64,000 nucleotides of DNA from an uncultured Christensenella sp. (GCA_964455585.1 CAYVXW010000004.1:103-64102), one strand, 5' to 3'; shown: positions 31,699-42,432, counted from the stretch's first letter. Translations and numbers: made by a program. Notes: a model not told the origin generated them from the sequence alone.

Positions 31699-34387
31699 AA
31701 TAAAGGGCATAAATAGTTATGTGTCCGAGCAAGTAGTAAACTTTGAGCGTCTTGCAAAAAGCAACGTGTTTGGAATTTTTGGTGAGACGGGTAGCGGAAA
31801 AACCACTATACTTGATAGCATTATTTTGTCTTTGTATGGCGTAAGCGATAGAGACACCCTTCAAAATATTATAAATGTAAACACAAAAGACGCATACATC
31901 GAATTTACTTTTGATATGGAAAATGCCGTGGGAAAAACCACAAGATATCTGGTAAGACGTGACTTTCATTTGCGTCCAAGCGGACTAAAAGCCGAAGCCA
32001 CCCTTCTTGACCAAAAGAAAAACGAAACAATTGCCGAAATGCCCGACCAAGTAAACAACAAAATTTTGGAAATCATTGGCATTGGCAAAAAGGAATTTAC
32101 AAAATGTATTGCCTTGCCACAAGGCGAGTTTGATAGGTTCCTATCCGACACCCCTGCCCTTAGGAAAAAGACTTTGGCAAAACTATTTGACCTAGAAAGT
32201 TTTGGCGTGGTTCTAAATGACAGGTTAAAAAATAGAAAGAACCTAGTTGCACTAAAAAAAGCCACCTTGGAAGAAAAGGCGTCAATATATAGAGGCATTA
32301 GCAAAGACACAATTGCCGAAATTGAGGACGCACTAGCAAAAAGTGACAAGGAAGTGCGTACACTAGAGCGTCAAATTGCAAGGGACAAAAAACTTGCCGA
32401 CACCATAAAGGACGAACTAAGCACAAAACAAGACCTTCTTGACCTAGAGGTTTCGTATAGCCTAAAGCAAAGCGAGGGCGGAGACATCCACCTTCTTGAA
32501 AAACAAATTGAATACACCGAAAAATATGGCGACTTTACAATTGTAAACAACCAATATAACAACTGTCTTGACGAGGTAAAAGTACTTACCGAAAACATCG
32601 ACAAAGGCAAAGCCGAACTAAAGGAAATTGAGACTAAACTAAAGGAAATTAATGTACTAAAGTCCGACAACAAAGCCAAGATTGACGAAATGGACGGCAA
32701 GTGGAAAGAAATTCAATTGGTCCAAGAAAAAAGATCTATGCACGAGGACAAACTAAAAGGTTTGCAAAACGAAAAAAGTTTGCTTAATGACAAAATTATG
32801 ACCGTTTCGCAAAAACTAACCGAGACGGCGTCAATGGTAAAAAAATACAAAGCCAACATTCTTGACCTTACCACCAACTACAAAAAGTTAGAGGCACTTA
32901 TATTTGACAATATGGACACTCTAGACAAACTTTCCGATTGTCAATCGTTCAAAACAAGACAAGACTTTGCATTGTTCCTAACCATCACCAAAAACAAGAT
33001 AAATCCCGACTCGCTTGCCGAAGTAGAGAACTTTAATATCTATGACGAAGTAACCGAAGTGGTTCACGACATCGAAGACTACGAGGTGGGCGTAAGAAAA
33101 GAAATCGGAAAGATAATGCAAGACCTAAGAGAACTTAATCTTGAGGGCGAAAACATTGAGGAAATGAGGATAGATTTAGCGGAAAGAAACGCCGAACTAA
33201 ACAAAAAATGTGACGACATCGACGACCAACTTCAAAAGTTGAAAGAAGCCCTTGCAACCGCCACATCGAATATAAAAATCTATTCCGAACAAACCCAAGA
33301 ATACAATGCGTCATTAGAGAAAAACAAGGCACAAATAAACGCCGAACTCGAAACTTTAAGAGGGCTTAAGGCAACTGCCGACGAAGACTTTGTAATAAAG
33401 ACCCTAAAGGGCTATGACGACGTTCAAAAGGATTTGCAAGCACGAGAGGACGAACTCCTTGACCAAAAGCAAAAGGCAATAATAGACATCGAAGTTGCCA
33501 CCCAAAACATCGAAAACTATCGTGACAAACTAACTGAACTAAAAACCGCATTAAAGCCGTTTAATCGTGCAATTTTCAAGCAAAACGTGGATAATACCTT
33601 GCTTGTTGAGCACGACGAATTGCCTATGCTAAAAGAAAAGGTTGAAACCTACAAAAAAGAACTTTTTGCTCTTGATAGCCAAATGACGGCACTAAAAGAA
33701 AAAGTGAAAGACTATGTTTATACAAAGGACGACTACACCGCAATGCTTTCGTCAATTAGCGAGAGCGAACAAAAACTAAGCGACCTAAAGGTGTTTATAA
33801 ACGTAAACAAAATAACCATAGACATCCAAAAGAAAAACTTGGAAACCTTAATGGGAATACAAGACGAACTAGACACGGTCACAAAGCAATATGAGTGTAT
33901 CGAAAGGCTAGAAAGCCTAATTTCGCACGGCGCGCTACTTGACTTTGTTGCCGAGGAATATATGGGGCTTATTACAAACTTTGCAAACACATATGTTTAC
34001 AAAATTAGCAAAGGCAAATACCTACTTAATTACGACGGCGACTTTAATGTTATTGACAACTTCAATGGCGGAATCAAGCGTAGCGTAAAGACCCTAAGTG
34101 GTGGTGAAAGATTTATTGTATCCCTAAGCCTTGCCCTTGGAATTTCGCAAAGTATTGCAATAAACAACAACAAAAACTTCAACTTCTTCTTTATTGACGA
34201 AGGATTTGGAAACTTGAGTGAGAACTATATCGAAAAAGTTTTGCAAAGTTTTGACGCTCTTATAAAACTAAACTTCACAGTTGGATTTATTACCCACGTG
34301 GAAAAAATGCAATACTATCTAAGCAGTCGTATTATTGTAACAAAAGACAACAACGACGAGGGCTCAAAGGTAGAAGAATTTTATTAA
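31679..34387 (+). CDS. sbcC: Exonuclease SbcCD subunit C (SMC-like ATPase)
   Basis: GETGSGKT, LPQGEF, coiled coil, LSGGE, FIDEGFG. Confidence 0.92.
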   Translation: MKPIMIKIKGINSYVSEQVVNFERLAKSNVFGIFGETGSGKTTILDSIILSLYGVSDRDTLQNIINVNTKDAYIEFTFDMENAVGKTTRYLVRRDFHLRPSGLKAEATLLDQKKNETIAEMPDQVNNKILEIIGIGKKEFTKCIALPQGEFDRFLSDTPALRKKTLAKLFDLESFGVVLNDRLKNRKNLVALKKATLEEKASIYRGISKDTIAEIEDALAKSDKEVRTLERQIARDKKLADTIKDELSTKQDLLDLEVSYSLKQSEGGDIHLLEKQIEYTEKYGDFTIVNNQYNNCLDEVKVLTENIDKGKAELKEIETKLKEINVLKSDNKAKIDEMDGKWKEIQLVQEKRSMHEDKLKGLQNEKSLLNDKIMTVSQKLTETASMVKKYKANILDLTTNYKKLEALIFDNMDTLDKLSDCQSFKTRQDFALFLTITKNKINPDSLAEVENFNIYDEVTEVVHDIEDYEVGVRKEIGKIMQDLRELNLEGENIEEMRIDLAERNAELNKKCDDIDDQLQKLKEALATATSNIKIYSEQTQEYNASLEKNKAQINAELETLRGLKATADEDFVIKTLKGYDDVQKDLQAREDELLDQKQKAIIDIEVATQNIENYRDKLTELKTALKPFNRAIFKQNVDNTLLVEHDELPMLKEKVETYKKELFALDSQMTALKEKVKDYVYTKDDYTAMLSSISESEQKLSDLKVFINVNKITIDIQKKNLETLMGIQDELDTVTKQYECIERLESLISHGALLDFVAEEYMGLITNFANTYVYKISKGKYLLNYDGDFNVIDNFNGGIKRSVKTLSGGERFIVSLSLALGISQSIAINNNKNFNFFFIDEGFGNLSENYIEKVLQSFDALIKLNFTVGFITHVEKMQYYLSSRIIVTKDNNDEGSKVEEFY

Positions 34388-34395
34388 AAACACAC

Positions 34396-34427
34396 AAAAA
34401 GTCGTATCGGATAGATACGACTTTTTT
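34396..34427 (+). terminator. Rho-independent terminator
   Basis: AAAAAGTCGTATC-GGATA-GATACGACTTTTTT. Confidence 0.75.
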
Positions 34428-34469
34428 AGAACTTATTGCAGTTTTATAAACAGTCTAAAGATGATTATC

Positions 34470-35222
34470 CCTATAGATATACTCCGCTCGGAAACTTACG
34501 CTCCCTCGGTCGATATGACACAACATAATATTTTTTCTATGTCATATCGACTGAGGCTATGATAGTAGCCGAACGGAGTATATCTATTAGGTCATCCTTA
34601 TGTACACTTTTTCACTTTTCACTTTTACCTCTTCACTTGCGAGGCTATGCCTTGCATTTGTCATTCCGACTGAGGTGGTGTCAACCACCGAACGGAGAGA
34701 GTCTACTTTCAATTATCCGCTTTTCGTTCTAGATTCTTCCGCTTTCGCGTTCAGAATAACACAAGCCGAGTTGTTGCTCAAAACAACATAAGCCGAAAGA
34801 CCACACACCCCTGTCATTCTGAGGGAGGTTGGAACAACCGACCGAAGAATCTCAAGAGGGTTATCCTTATAGATTTCCTCCGCTCGTGCTGTCGCACTCG
34901 GTCGAAATGACACACATAATAAACTCTTCGTGTCATATCGTATTCGACCGAAAGGGAGAATCGCCGTCACCCACTAGGGTATTTATGTAGTGTACACCCG
35001 TGACGGCACAAAGACTTGGTAGTTTGCTATTCCATAAAGCAAACAAGTAACCGACGAAAGGCGGTAAGCGGAGTATATCTATTAGGTCATCCTTATATAC
35101 ACCTCTTCACTCTTCACTATTACCTATTACTTGTGTCAACCCTGTTGTCACTCGTGTCATACCGAAAGAGCGTAAGCGAACCGAGTGTATCTACTTCCAA
35201 TCATCCTCTCGTGTCATTTTGA
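34470..35222. repeat. REP-like palindromic array A
   Basis: About 8 units in both orientations of TGTCAT-stem-variable hairpin-(GAAGAATCT or GGAGTATATCTA), with recurring linkers. Confidence 0.85.
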
Positions 35223-35265
35223 AACCAATAGACACGCTTATTATAGCCACATTTATAACCCCTTA

Positions 35266-36843
35266 TTAGTGGTTATCACCATTTGGTTTGAAGGTGCGTT
35301 CCATAACCGCCTCGTCCTCTTTTTCACGGGCTTCCATAGCATTCAATCTTTCAAATTCTCTAACCATCGCAAAGGCTTCTACTTGCCAATTTGGACTGCT
35401 TATTAGGTTGTTCCAATAGTTTTCTGCCGATGTCAAGTCACCGCCAAACCTATTGTCCAAAGCGTCTTTTACAAGCATCCAAAGAATCATATCCCTTTGG
35501 CTTTCGTCAACCATTTCGCCCGTTTTTTCTTCAAACACACCCACAGTTTTTCCGTTTACCACGCTTCGCTCGTACGCAAAGTCCAATTTTTGCAATTGTG
35601 CATACGACATAGGAAGTTTGTCGTCGTCGATGTTGGTTGGGGTCACAAGCCCACCACCCGCTTTTAGTTTTACGCCGTCAAGCACATTCTTTGGAGCCTC
35701 AACCTCTTCCAAAACGGCTTTTGGCTCGGGCACTATTTTCCCGTCAGGCTCGTTTGAAACGGCTAGTTCTTCCGCCTTTTCTTCCAAAGCCTCATTTACT
35801 TCTTCTCTAACCTCTTGAGGTTTTCCCCCATCTTCCATCGCCGTCGTGCTCTTTTCAACCACGACACCCAAGGCGTCGGGAGAAGCAACAAAAGAATCAA
35901 ACATTTTATCAAACTTTTCCCAGTTTATTTTTCCACGAGTAACGGTGCTTATAAGCGGGTTATTCTCGGTGGTTGTTGTTTTGTCAAACGTTTCGGTCAA
36001 GACATAAACAATGGCAAGCCTCGACACCAAATTTGGGTCGGATAGCACAACGCCCGTCGTTCTTTCTTGAACCGCAAGCCCGCCACGAGGGTCGGGAACA
36101 AGGTTGTATGTGTCAAATAGATAGCGTGCGTCGTCGGACGAAAAAGTGTGAAGGTCGGCTTGCATCATAAGTGCGTGAGGATTAAGAGAGGAAAGTTCCC
36201 TTTCCAAATACTTTGCCGTGTTCTCCACCGACTGCCTATTGCCCTCGCTAAAGCCGTTTTGCATAACGCCGTTTGCGTCCGACCTATACTTTTCTTCGCT
36301 AACCGTTTCAAATTTTCTATTATTAAACTTTTCACCAAGAACATTAAACGCCAACTTTATGCCCTCGTTTGTCTCACCCTGAAGAGTGCCGGTGGACTTA
36401 TCAAAAGTAAACTTTGAGCCAAATATTTGCTTCCAATCAATCAACATAATGTCCGCACCATCAATGCCAATAGAGGTGGTATCTAGTGCCTTTACCTTAA
36501 TGTCCGGTCGCTTGCAAGAAATTAGATACATAACATCCGACATATCCACAACATTCTTTAAAGGGCGACTGTCTTTTAGTGGCTTTACATCAAAGTACTC
36601 CGCCTCGGCTTTGTTGCCGTTTCTAATTTTTCTTGTGGTCGGGTCATAACTCCACCCATCGGGCAATTCGCCCATCATTTTCAAAGGATTTCCCGTCACC
36701 TTGACGGCACCCTTTTCGCCCGAAGACTTAGAAAATTTCAACTTAAAGCCTTTGCCCTTTAGTTCTTTCGTCAAATACTTAACCAAATTTTCGCCGTCAA
36801 ACCACTTTGGATTTTTTACATCATAAATTTTCTTTTGTTCCAT
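35266..36843 (-). CDS. Hypothetical protein
   Basis: 525-aa ORF with RBS GGAGAGGG and own SigA promoter; no family recognised. Confidence 0.75.
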   Translation of the reverse strand: MEQKKIYDVKNPKWFDGENLVKYLTKELKGKGFKLKFSKSSGEKGAVKVTGNPLKMMGELPDGWSYDPTTRKIRNGNKAEAEYFDVKPLKDSRPLKNVVDMSDVMYLISCKRPDIKVKALDTTSIGIDGADIMLIDWKQIFGSKFTFDKSTGTLQGETNEGIKLAFNVLGEKFNNRKFETVSEEKYRSDANGVMQNGFSEGNRQSVENTAKYLERELSSLNPHALMMQADLHTFSSDDARYLFDTYNLVPDPRGGLAVQERTTGVVLSDPNLVSRLAIVYVLTETFDKTTTTENNPLISTVTRGKINWEKFDKMFDSFVASPDALGVVVEKSTTAMEDGGKPQEVREEVNEALEEKAEELAVSNEPDGKIVPEPKAVLEEVEAPKNVLDGVKLKAGGGLVTPTNIDDDKLPMSYAQLQKLDFAYERSVVNGKTVGVFEEKTGEMVDESQRDMILWMLVKDALDNRFGGDLTSAENYWNNLISSPNWQVEAFAMVREFERLNAMEAREKEDEAVMERTFKPNGDNH

Positions 36844-36862
36844 ACCCTCTCCAAATCAAAAG

Positions 36863-36938
36863 TTATCCACAGAGAACGCCCAAATGTGAATAACTTTGTT
36901 TATATAGTAATGATATCAAATAATTTTACGTTTTTCAA
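36863..36938 (-). promoter_or_regulatory. SigA promoter followed by an inverted DnaA-box pair in the leader
   Basis: TTGAAA(36938-36933)-17-TATCAT(36915-36910); TTATCCACA 36863-36871, 13-bp spacer, TGTGAATAA 36885-36893. Confidence 0.65.
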
Positions 36939-36948
36939 GCAAATAGGC

Positions 36949-39279
36949 TTATTTGCATTCAAATACCCTAACGGCAATTACGGTCATATCGTCCTTTGGC
37001 GTGCCACTGGAAAGTTCAAGGGCTTTGTTTAAAATTGTGTCGCTTAGAACCTGTGGATTCAAGATATCAAGCGAACGCAAATAGTTTGGGATGTTTAGGT
37101 TTGCGGATAGCACGTCCGCTACCCCGTCGCTCACAAACACAAGGATATCCATATTTGAAATAAGCCTGCCCAAAACATTTGGCCTTACATCATCTAGTAT
37201 CCCAACCGGCAAGTTGCTCCCAGATATCACCTCACACTCGCCCGAAGCCCCCAAAATATACCCGTCCGAACTAGCAAGTTTAATAAAGTCATATGTGTTT
37301 TTTCGCCCGTCAATTACACACAAGTCGATGGTGGCAAAGTTTTCTTCCTCACTAAGCGAAAGTAGTTTGTTTACCGTACTTAGGATTAGGTCACTATCAA
37401 AGCCCGCACGATAAAAATATTCAATAAGTTTGGTGGTAAGCGTGCTAATGGTCGTAGCCCGCCTTCCACTACCCATTCCGTCGGTTAGCGTAACTAGATA
37501 CTTCCCCTCGTCAATCTTAATTATACTATGGCTATCCCCACTAGATTTTGAACCAAATTTCTTGGCACTAGCCACCCCAAAAGCAATGCTATAGTTTGGA
37601 CTAGACACAAGAGTTATGGCAGTTGTGGCGGGTGTATTCAAGGGTTTTTTGTTTGTAATTATCACCTGAACACCAAGGCATTTTGATACGCATTTTATCA
37701 ACTTTTTGTCATCAAGTGTGTCGCTAGTGACAATTATGCTTATTTCTTTGACAGAAATGTCCTTTTGGTATATAGACGCCTCTATGCACATTATTCCGCT
37801 ATATCTTAGTTCTTCTATCACCCTTTCTTCTAGTTTTTTATCAAAAGTTATGCTAGCACCAATGTCCAAAGAAAGAGAAGAAATTAGCCTGCTTGTGGCA
37901 TACAATTGCTCGGCAATAAGCACCTTGCTTGTGTCCAAATTTTTTATTGCCAGGGCATAGTCTTTGTAACTAAAAAGAAGATTATTAAGCGACGACACAA
38001 GGGCGTTTACTTGAGAACAATTTGTTGTAAGGTATTGGGGCAGGTCGGTAAGTAACACCTTGCCCCTATCGTAGCCGTTGGATAAGGCGGTGTCTAGGGA
38101 ACTTTGAAAGAAAGTTCCACGTGCTCGATAGCAATTGTCTTTGTCAACACACTTGTCACAAATCGACGCTTTTAGTTCGGACTTAATAAGTGCCAAGGCG
38201 TCGTCTCTTGGAAGCAAACCTTTTGTCATCGACCTATACGTCACGTTCATTTCGTCAAAAACTTGGGCTAGACCTTTAAGTCTTTTTTCCACACTTGTCC
38301 TAATTTTATCAAGCATTTCTTGCTCCATACCTTCCCGCCCAATCACAAAAGTTTTGGACACACGACATAGAATTTTGGATGGTACAAATACAAATATTAG
38401 CACGCCTACGCTAAACGAAATTAGTTCGCCATACTCAATTCCCATTCCAAATATTAGGGTAAAAATTATGTAGCAAAACTCAACCGCCAAGGCGGACAAC
38501 CATTTTAGGTTCCCCCTAAACGCCACGCTTGCCACCATTAGCACAACCGAAAGGGCTATAAAATTTGTGTCTAGCATCCCAAGTGCCAAACCAAGCCCCG
38601 AAAGGACAGAGAGCATTAGCCCCACGCCGTTTTTGAAAACATATGTGGACACCAAAATTACAAGTGGAAATAGTAGCACGCCAAAATTGAAATACGCCGT
38701 TTGTACCCGCGAAGCTCCTATCATAACAATCAAGAAAATCACCGACCCACATATTTTTTCGTCCAAGTTTAGTCCAATCCAAATCCCACGACGTAAAACC
38801 GCGTTTAAAAAATGTATACACAAATACAAGAATATTGTGGACAAAATCACTAGTACAAATAGGGCGATGTTTTCCTTTAGCCCGCCGATGTTTGTAATGA
38901 CTAGCCCCGAAAGGGCAAGCAAATATAACGCCAACACATAGCCGTGCTTAAATTTTTTCTTTTTCTTCTCAAGAAGCGACCTTAGCCACTGCCCAATAGC
39001 CAAACTTAGCCCGCACGAAATTGCCACAATTGCCCCGCTCAACCCAAAATTGGCTAGCAAATACGTCACGGCAAACACGACGGCTAGCACAAACCCATCG
39101 AACCCGACCGAAAAAATTGCAAAAATTGCACCGATTCCAAACGGAGTTAGCCCCATATAATAGACTTCCGTCGAATTTAGCGTAAATATAAACACAAAAA
39201 GTAGCGCCACAATAAGTGCTTTGAGTTTTTTTGTTGCGTCCCTAAAGTTTCCCCAAACACCGCTCACCACATTTTCCAT
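36949..39279 (-). CDS. spoIIE: Stage II sporulation protein E (PP2C phosphatase)
   Basis: Multi-TM N-terminus, C..C...CY region, SGDS, LTDGMGSG, ATIDL, SDGV, KDDMTV. Confidence 0.9.
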   Translation of the reverse strand: MENVVSGVWGNFRDATKKLKALIVALLFVFIFTLNSTEVYYMGLTPFGIGAIFAIFSVGFDGFVLAVVFAVTYLLANFGLSGAIVAISCGLSLAIGQWLRSLLEKKKKKFKHGYVLALYLLALSGLVITNIGGLKENIALFVLVILSTIFLYLCIHFLNAVLRRGIWIGLNLDEKICGSVIFLIVMIGASRVQTAYFNFGVLLFPLVILVSTYVFKNGVGLMLSVLSGLGLALGMLDTNFIALSVVLMVASVAFRGNLKWLSALAVEFCYIIFTLIFGMGIEYGELISFSVGVLIFVFVPSKILCRVSKTFVIGREGMEQEMLDKIRTSVEKRLKGLAQVFDEMNVTYRSMTKGLLPRDDALALIKSELKASICDKCVDKDNCYRARGTFFQSSLDTALSNGYDRGKVLLTDLPQYLTTNCSQVNALVSSLNNLLFSYKDYALAIKNLDTSKVLIAEQLYATSRLISSLSLDIGASITFDKKLEERVIEELRYSGIMCIEASIYQKDISVKEISIIVTSDTLDDKKLIKCVSKCLGVQVIITNKKPLNTPATTAITLVSSPNYSIAFGVASAKKFGSKSSGDSHSIIKIDEGKYLVTLTDGMGSGRRATTISTLTTKLIEYFYRAGFDSDLILSTVNKLLSLSEEENFATIDLCVIDGRKNTYDFIKLASSDGYILGASGECEVISGSNLPVGILDDVRPNVLGRLISNMDILVFVSDGVADVLSANLNIPNYLRSLDILNPQVLSDTILNKALELSSGTPKDDMTVIAVRVFECK

Positions 39280-39389
39280 ACACCCTCCTAGCATTGTTCA
39301 AAAGCCAATACCAACTCGCTTCTTGTACGTGTCTTACTCATTAATTACATCCCGTTTCCTCCACAGCACTTGTAGATGTCCACTCGCCC

Positions 39390-40010
39390 CTGTCATTCTG
39401 AGCGAGGTTGGAACAACCGACCGAAGAATCTTTATTTTATGTTAACCTCTTGTCAAGTTCTTCACTTTTCACTCTTACCTCTTCACTTGCGAGGCTATGC
39501 CTTGCGTTTGTCATTCTGAGTGAGGTTGGAACAACCGACCGAAGAATCCAGAACGTGCAGTTAGTTTTTTATAAGGATAATCATATAGATATACTCCGTT
39601 CGGCTATTACCATAGCCTCAGTCGATATGACACGAAATAATATTCTATCCGTGTCATACCGAGAGAGTGCGTAGCACGAACCGAGCGTATCTACTTTCAA
39701 TTATCCACTTTTCGTTCTAGATTCTTCCGCTATCGCGTTCAGAATGACATAGACCAAGTAGTCATCCACCCCGTGTCATACCGTATTCGACCGAAAGGGA
39801 GAATCGCCGTCACCCACTAGGGCACATTATGTAGTGTACACCTGTGACGGCACAAAGACTCGGTAGTTTGCTATTCCATAAAGCAAACGAGGAGTGTACT
39901 TGTACCGAGCGGAGTGTATCTACTTTCAATTATCCGCTTTTCGTTCTAGATTCTTCGGGGCTAAAGCCCACTCAGAATGACATAAAAGTGGAAAACTCAG
40001 AATAACATAA
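39390..40010. repeat. REP-like palindromic array B
   Basis: Same TGTCATTCTGAG..GAAGAATC and TGTCATACCG..GTATCTA units and linkers as array A. Confidence 0.85.
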
Positions 40011-40299
40011 GCCGAGACAACACCCCCACTTTCACCCCTCTCCATATATTTTACATTCTCTCCCCAAAGCATCCAACCCCATATGCCCACAAATTTAGGA
40101 GACTTTTGTCACAAAAATACGAAAAAAAGGCACACGGAGCAAATCCACTTTCAATTATCCAACAAAAAAAGCAAGGCTTTGCCTTGCTCCGCTCACATTT
40201 AAAACCCAAAGGGCATTTTTACAGTTTCCCACTAAGGTAGGGTTCACCACGTTTTGGAGTTATTTTTCGTTTAAACTCGCGGTTACATTTTTTGCATAT

Positions 40300-40725
40300 C
40301 TACTTATTTTTCTCGCTTTTTTCTACCAACGCATTTACATCAATTGGATCTAGCATTATTGGTTGCATTCCCGGTTGTGTTGTCATTAGAGCAACTTGGC
40401 TTCTAATAAACGGAAACATAATGGATATTGTGTTCCTTTTCAACAAAAAGTTTTTCGTTTGCTCATCCATTGCTTTGTTAGCAATTTCAAAACACCCCAC
40501 CGTTTGCAAAAACAAAGAAAATCTTTCGTCTGGGGTTGTCACATTCAAATCTATTTGTACACGACACTTGTCTCTATTTTGGTCATCAAAATTTCCCGAA
40601 ATATTATACGAAACATCAACCATTGTTTTTAAGTCAGCACCTGACTCCCTATTGTTTTCAACCATAAATTTTGAAAAATATAAATCTTTCATTTCCAAAA
40701 CACTTTTGATTTCTTTAACGTCCAT
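40300..40725 (-). CDS. SecB-like chaperone
   Basis: 141 aa, G.FE...NTISIMFPFIRSQVALMTTQPGMQPIMLDPIDV typical SecB C-terminus. Confidence 0.85.
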   Translation of the reverse strand: MDVKEIKSVLEMKDLYFSKFMVENNRESGADLKTMVDVSYNISGNFDDQNRDKCRVQIDLNVTTPDERFSLFLQTVGCFEIANKAMDEQTKNFLLKRNTISIMFPFIRSQVALMTTQPGMQPIMLDPIDVNALVEKSEKNK

Positions 40726-40736
40726 ATTTACTCCCC

Positions 40737-41105
40737 CTAAACTGCCAAACTTATTAGTTTTTGTTTTTCTTCAATTTGTACTTTTTTGATTGTTTCTTGA
40801 GTTATAGTTGCCTCAGATTTATATTGCATTTTGTTTACAACATTATTCCTAAGCCTAGCAATTGCCTCATCATAATCCGATTGCAAGCCAATCCAAAATT
40901 TTGCGGGCATTTCAAAAACACTCTCTAGTTTTAGCGCTATATTTGTGGTTATATTTCTTTTACCCTTTATTATATCGCTTATAACAACCTTATTAATTCC
41001 CGTTTGTCCGGCAAGCGCAATTTGACTCATTTCCAAATTTTTTAGATATCTTTTTAAAATAATCCCCGGATGTGTTGCATAATTTACATTTACCTTATTT
41101 ACCAT
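40737..41105 (-). CDS. higA: HigA-family antitoxin with C-terminal extension
   Basis: HPGIIL..YL...MSQ..LA...ISDIIKGKRNIT...ALKLE.VF...AKFWIGLQ.DYD. Confidence 0.88.
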   Translation of the reverse strand: MVNKVNVNYATHPGIILKRYLKNLEMSQIALAGQTGINKVVISDIIKGKRNITTNIALKLESVFEMPAKFWIGLQSDYDEAIARLRNNVVNKMQYKSEATITQETIKKVQIEEKQKLISLAV

Positions 41106-41146
41106 ACTGTACCTTCCCTTACATTCTCTTAAAGTATTATTATTCT

Positions 41147-41494
41147 TTAGTCTTTATAATGATTACTAACTTCTACCAACTCTATTCCTTTTATTTGCAA
41201 ATAACTCGATTTTTCCTCTCGATTAATTTCATAAAAAGTAAGACGATATTTTCTATCCAACCTTATTGACATTAACCCCTTTTGATTTACCAATTTTTCT
41301 AACCTATAGCACATATTCGCCGGCTTAAAAAAATCTGCACAACTTTCCATTTGCGACATAATTGGAAATACAATTTTTAGTTCGCTTATAATATTCTTTG
41401 GCAATTTTTGCTTTTTGCCATACTTGTCTGGGTCAACATAAAGATTCTTTATGTCTTTATTTGCAAATTCTATTTCCATTATACAACAAAACAC
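41147..41494 (-). CDS. higB: HigB/RelE-family toxin
   Basis: MEIEFANKDI...YRLEKL...SIRLDRKYRLTF...EVSNHY, upstream of higA; start may be ATG 41479. Confidence 0.82.
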   Translation of the reverse strand: MFCCIMEIEFANKDIKNLYVDPDKYGKKQKLPKNIISELKIVFPIMSQMESCADFFKPANMCYRLEKLVNQKGLMSIRLDRKYRLTFYEINREEKSSYLQIKGIELVEVSNHYKD

Positions 41495-41520
41495 CCTCCC
41501 CTATGTTATAAAATTTCAAC

Positions 41521-41581
41521 AAAAAATTAACTATTTTAGTTAATTTTTTATTATAATATAACATTTTGTCGATTAAGTCAA
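41521..41581 (-). promoter_or_regulatory. higBA-secB promoter and palindromic operator
   Basis: TTGACT-17-TATTAT on the minus strand followed by perfect IR AAAAAATTAACTA-TTT-TAGTTAATTTTTT (41521-41549). Confidence 0.65.
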
Positions 41582-41679
41582 TAGTTTTTGGGCAATTAAT
41601 TTTGGCTACTTGTTTTCAATTATACATCAATTTGATTTTCAATTGCAAATTGTATGTCATTTTTTTAAATTATAAGACT

Positions 41680-42432
41680 TGCGTTCTAGATTCTTCGGGG
41701 CTAAAGCCCGCTCAGAATGACAGGTGGCAACGGGGTTGCCATAAGTAATAGGTAATAGTGAATAGTGAAAAGGTACAAGAGGTTGGATTTGTATAGATAC
41801 ACTCCGCTCCCTTACGGTCGGTCGGTATGACACTTATGCTGTACCATTGTGTCATTCCGACTGAGGTGGTGTCAACCACCGAACGGAGAGAATCTACTTT
41901 TAATCATCCTTATTGTCATTCTGAGTGAGGTTGAAACAACCGACCGAAGAATCTCCACTGAACATTTACTTGGTTGTAATATGCACTGCACGTTCTAGAT
42001 TCTTCCGCTTACGCGTTCAGAATGACATAGACCAAGTAGTCATCCACCCCGTGTCATACCGTATTCGACCGAAAGGGAGAATCGCCGTCACCCACTAGGG
42101 CACATTATGTAGTGTACACCTGTGACGGCACAAAGACTCGGTAGTTTGCTATTCCATAAAGCAAACAAGTGGCCTACGAAAGGCGGTGAGCGGAGCGTAT
42201 CTATTAGGTCATCCTTATGTACGCCTCTTCACTTTTCACTTGCGAGGCTATGCCTTGCACCGTGTCATACCAACCGAACAAAGTGAGCAGAGTGTATCTA
42301 CTTCAAATAATCCCCAAAAGCAAACCTTTCGTTCTAGATTCTTCCGCTCACGCGTTCAGAATGACATAAGCCAAGCGTAATCGTCCCTATTTGTCATTCT
42401 GAGGAAGGACTTGTCTGACCGAAGAATCCAGA
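41680..42432. repeat. REP-like palindromic array C
   Basis: Same unit family; 41991-42166 is nearly identical to 39713-39888. Confidence 0.85.

Noticed and set aside
34470-42432. CRISPR array or integron attC interpretation of the repeat clusters
   Set aside because: Units vary in length and orientation, linkers are themselves repeated rather than unique spacers, attC core sites are absent and there is no cas or intI gene
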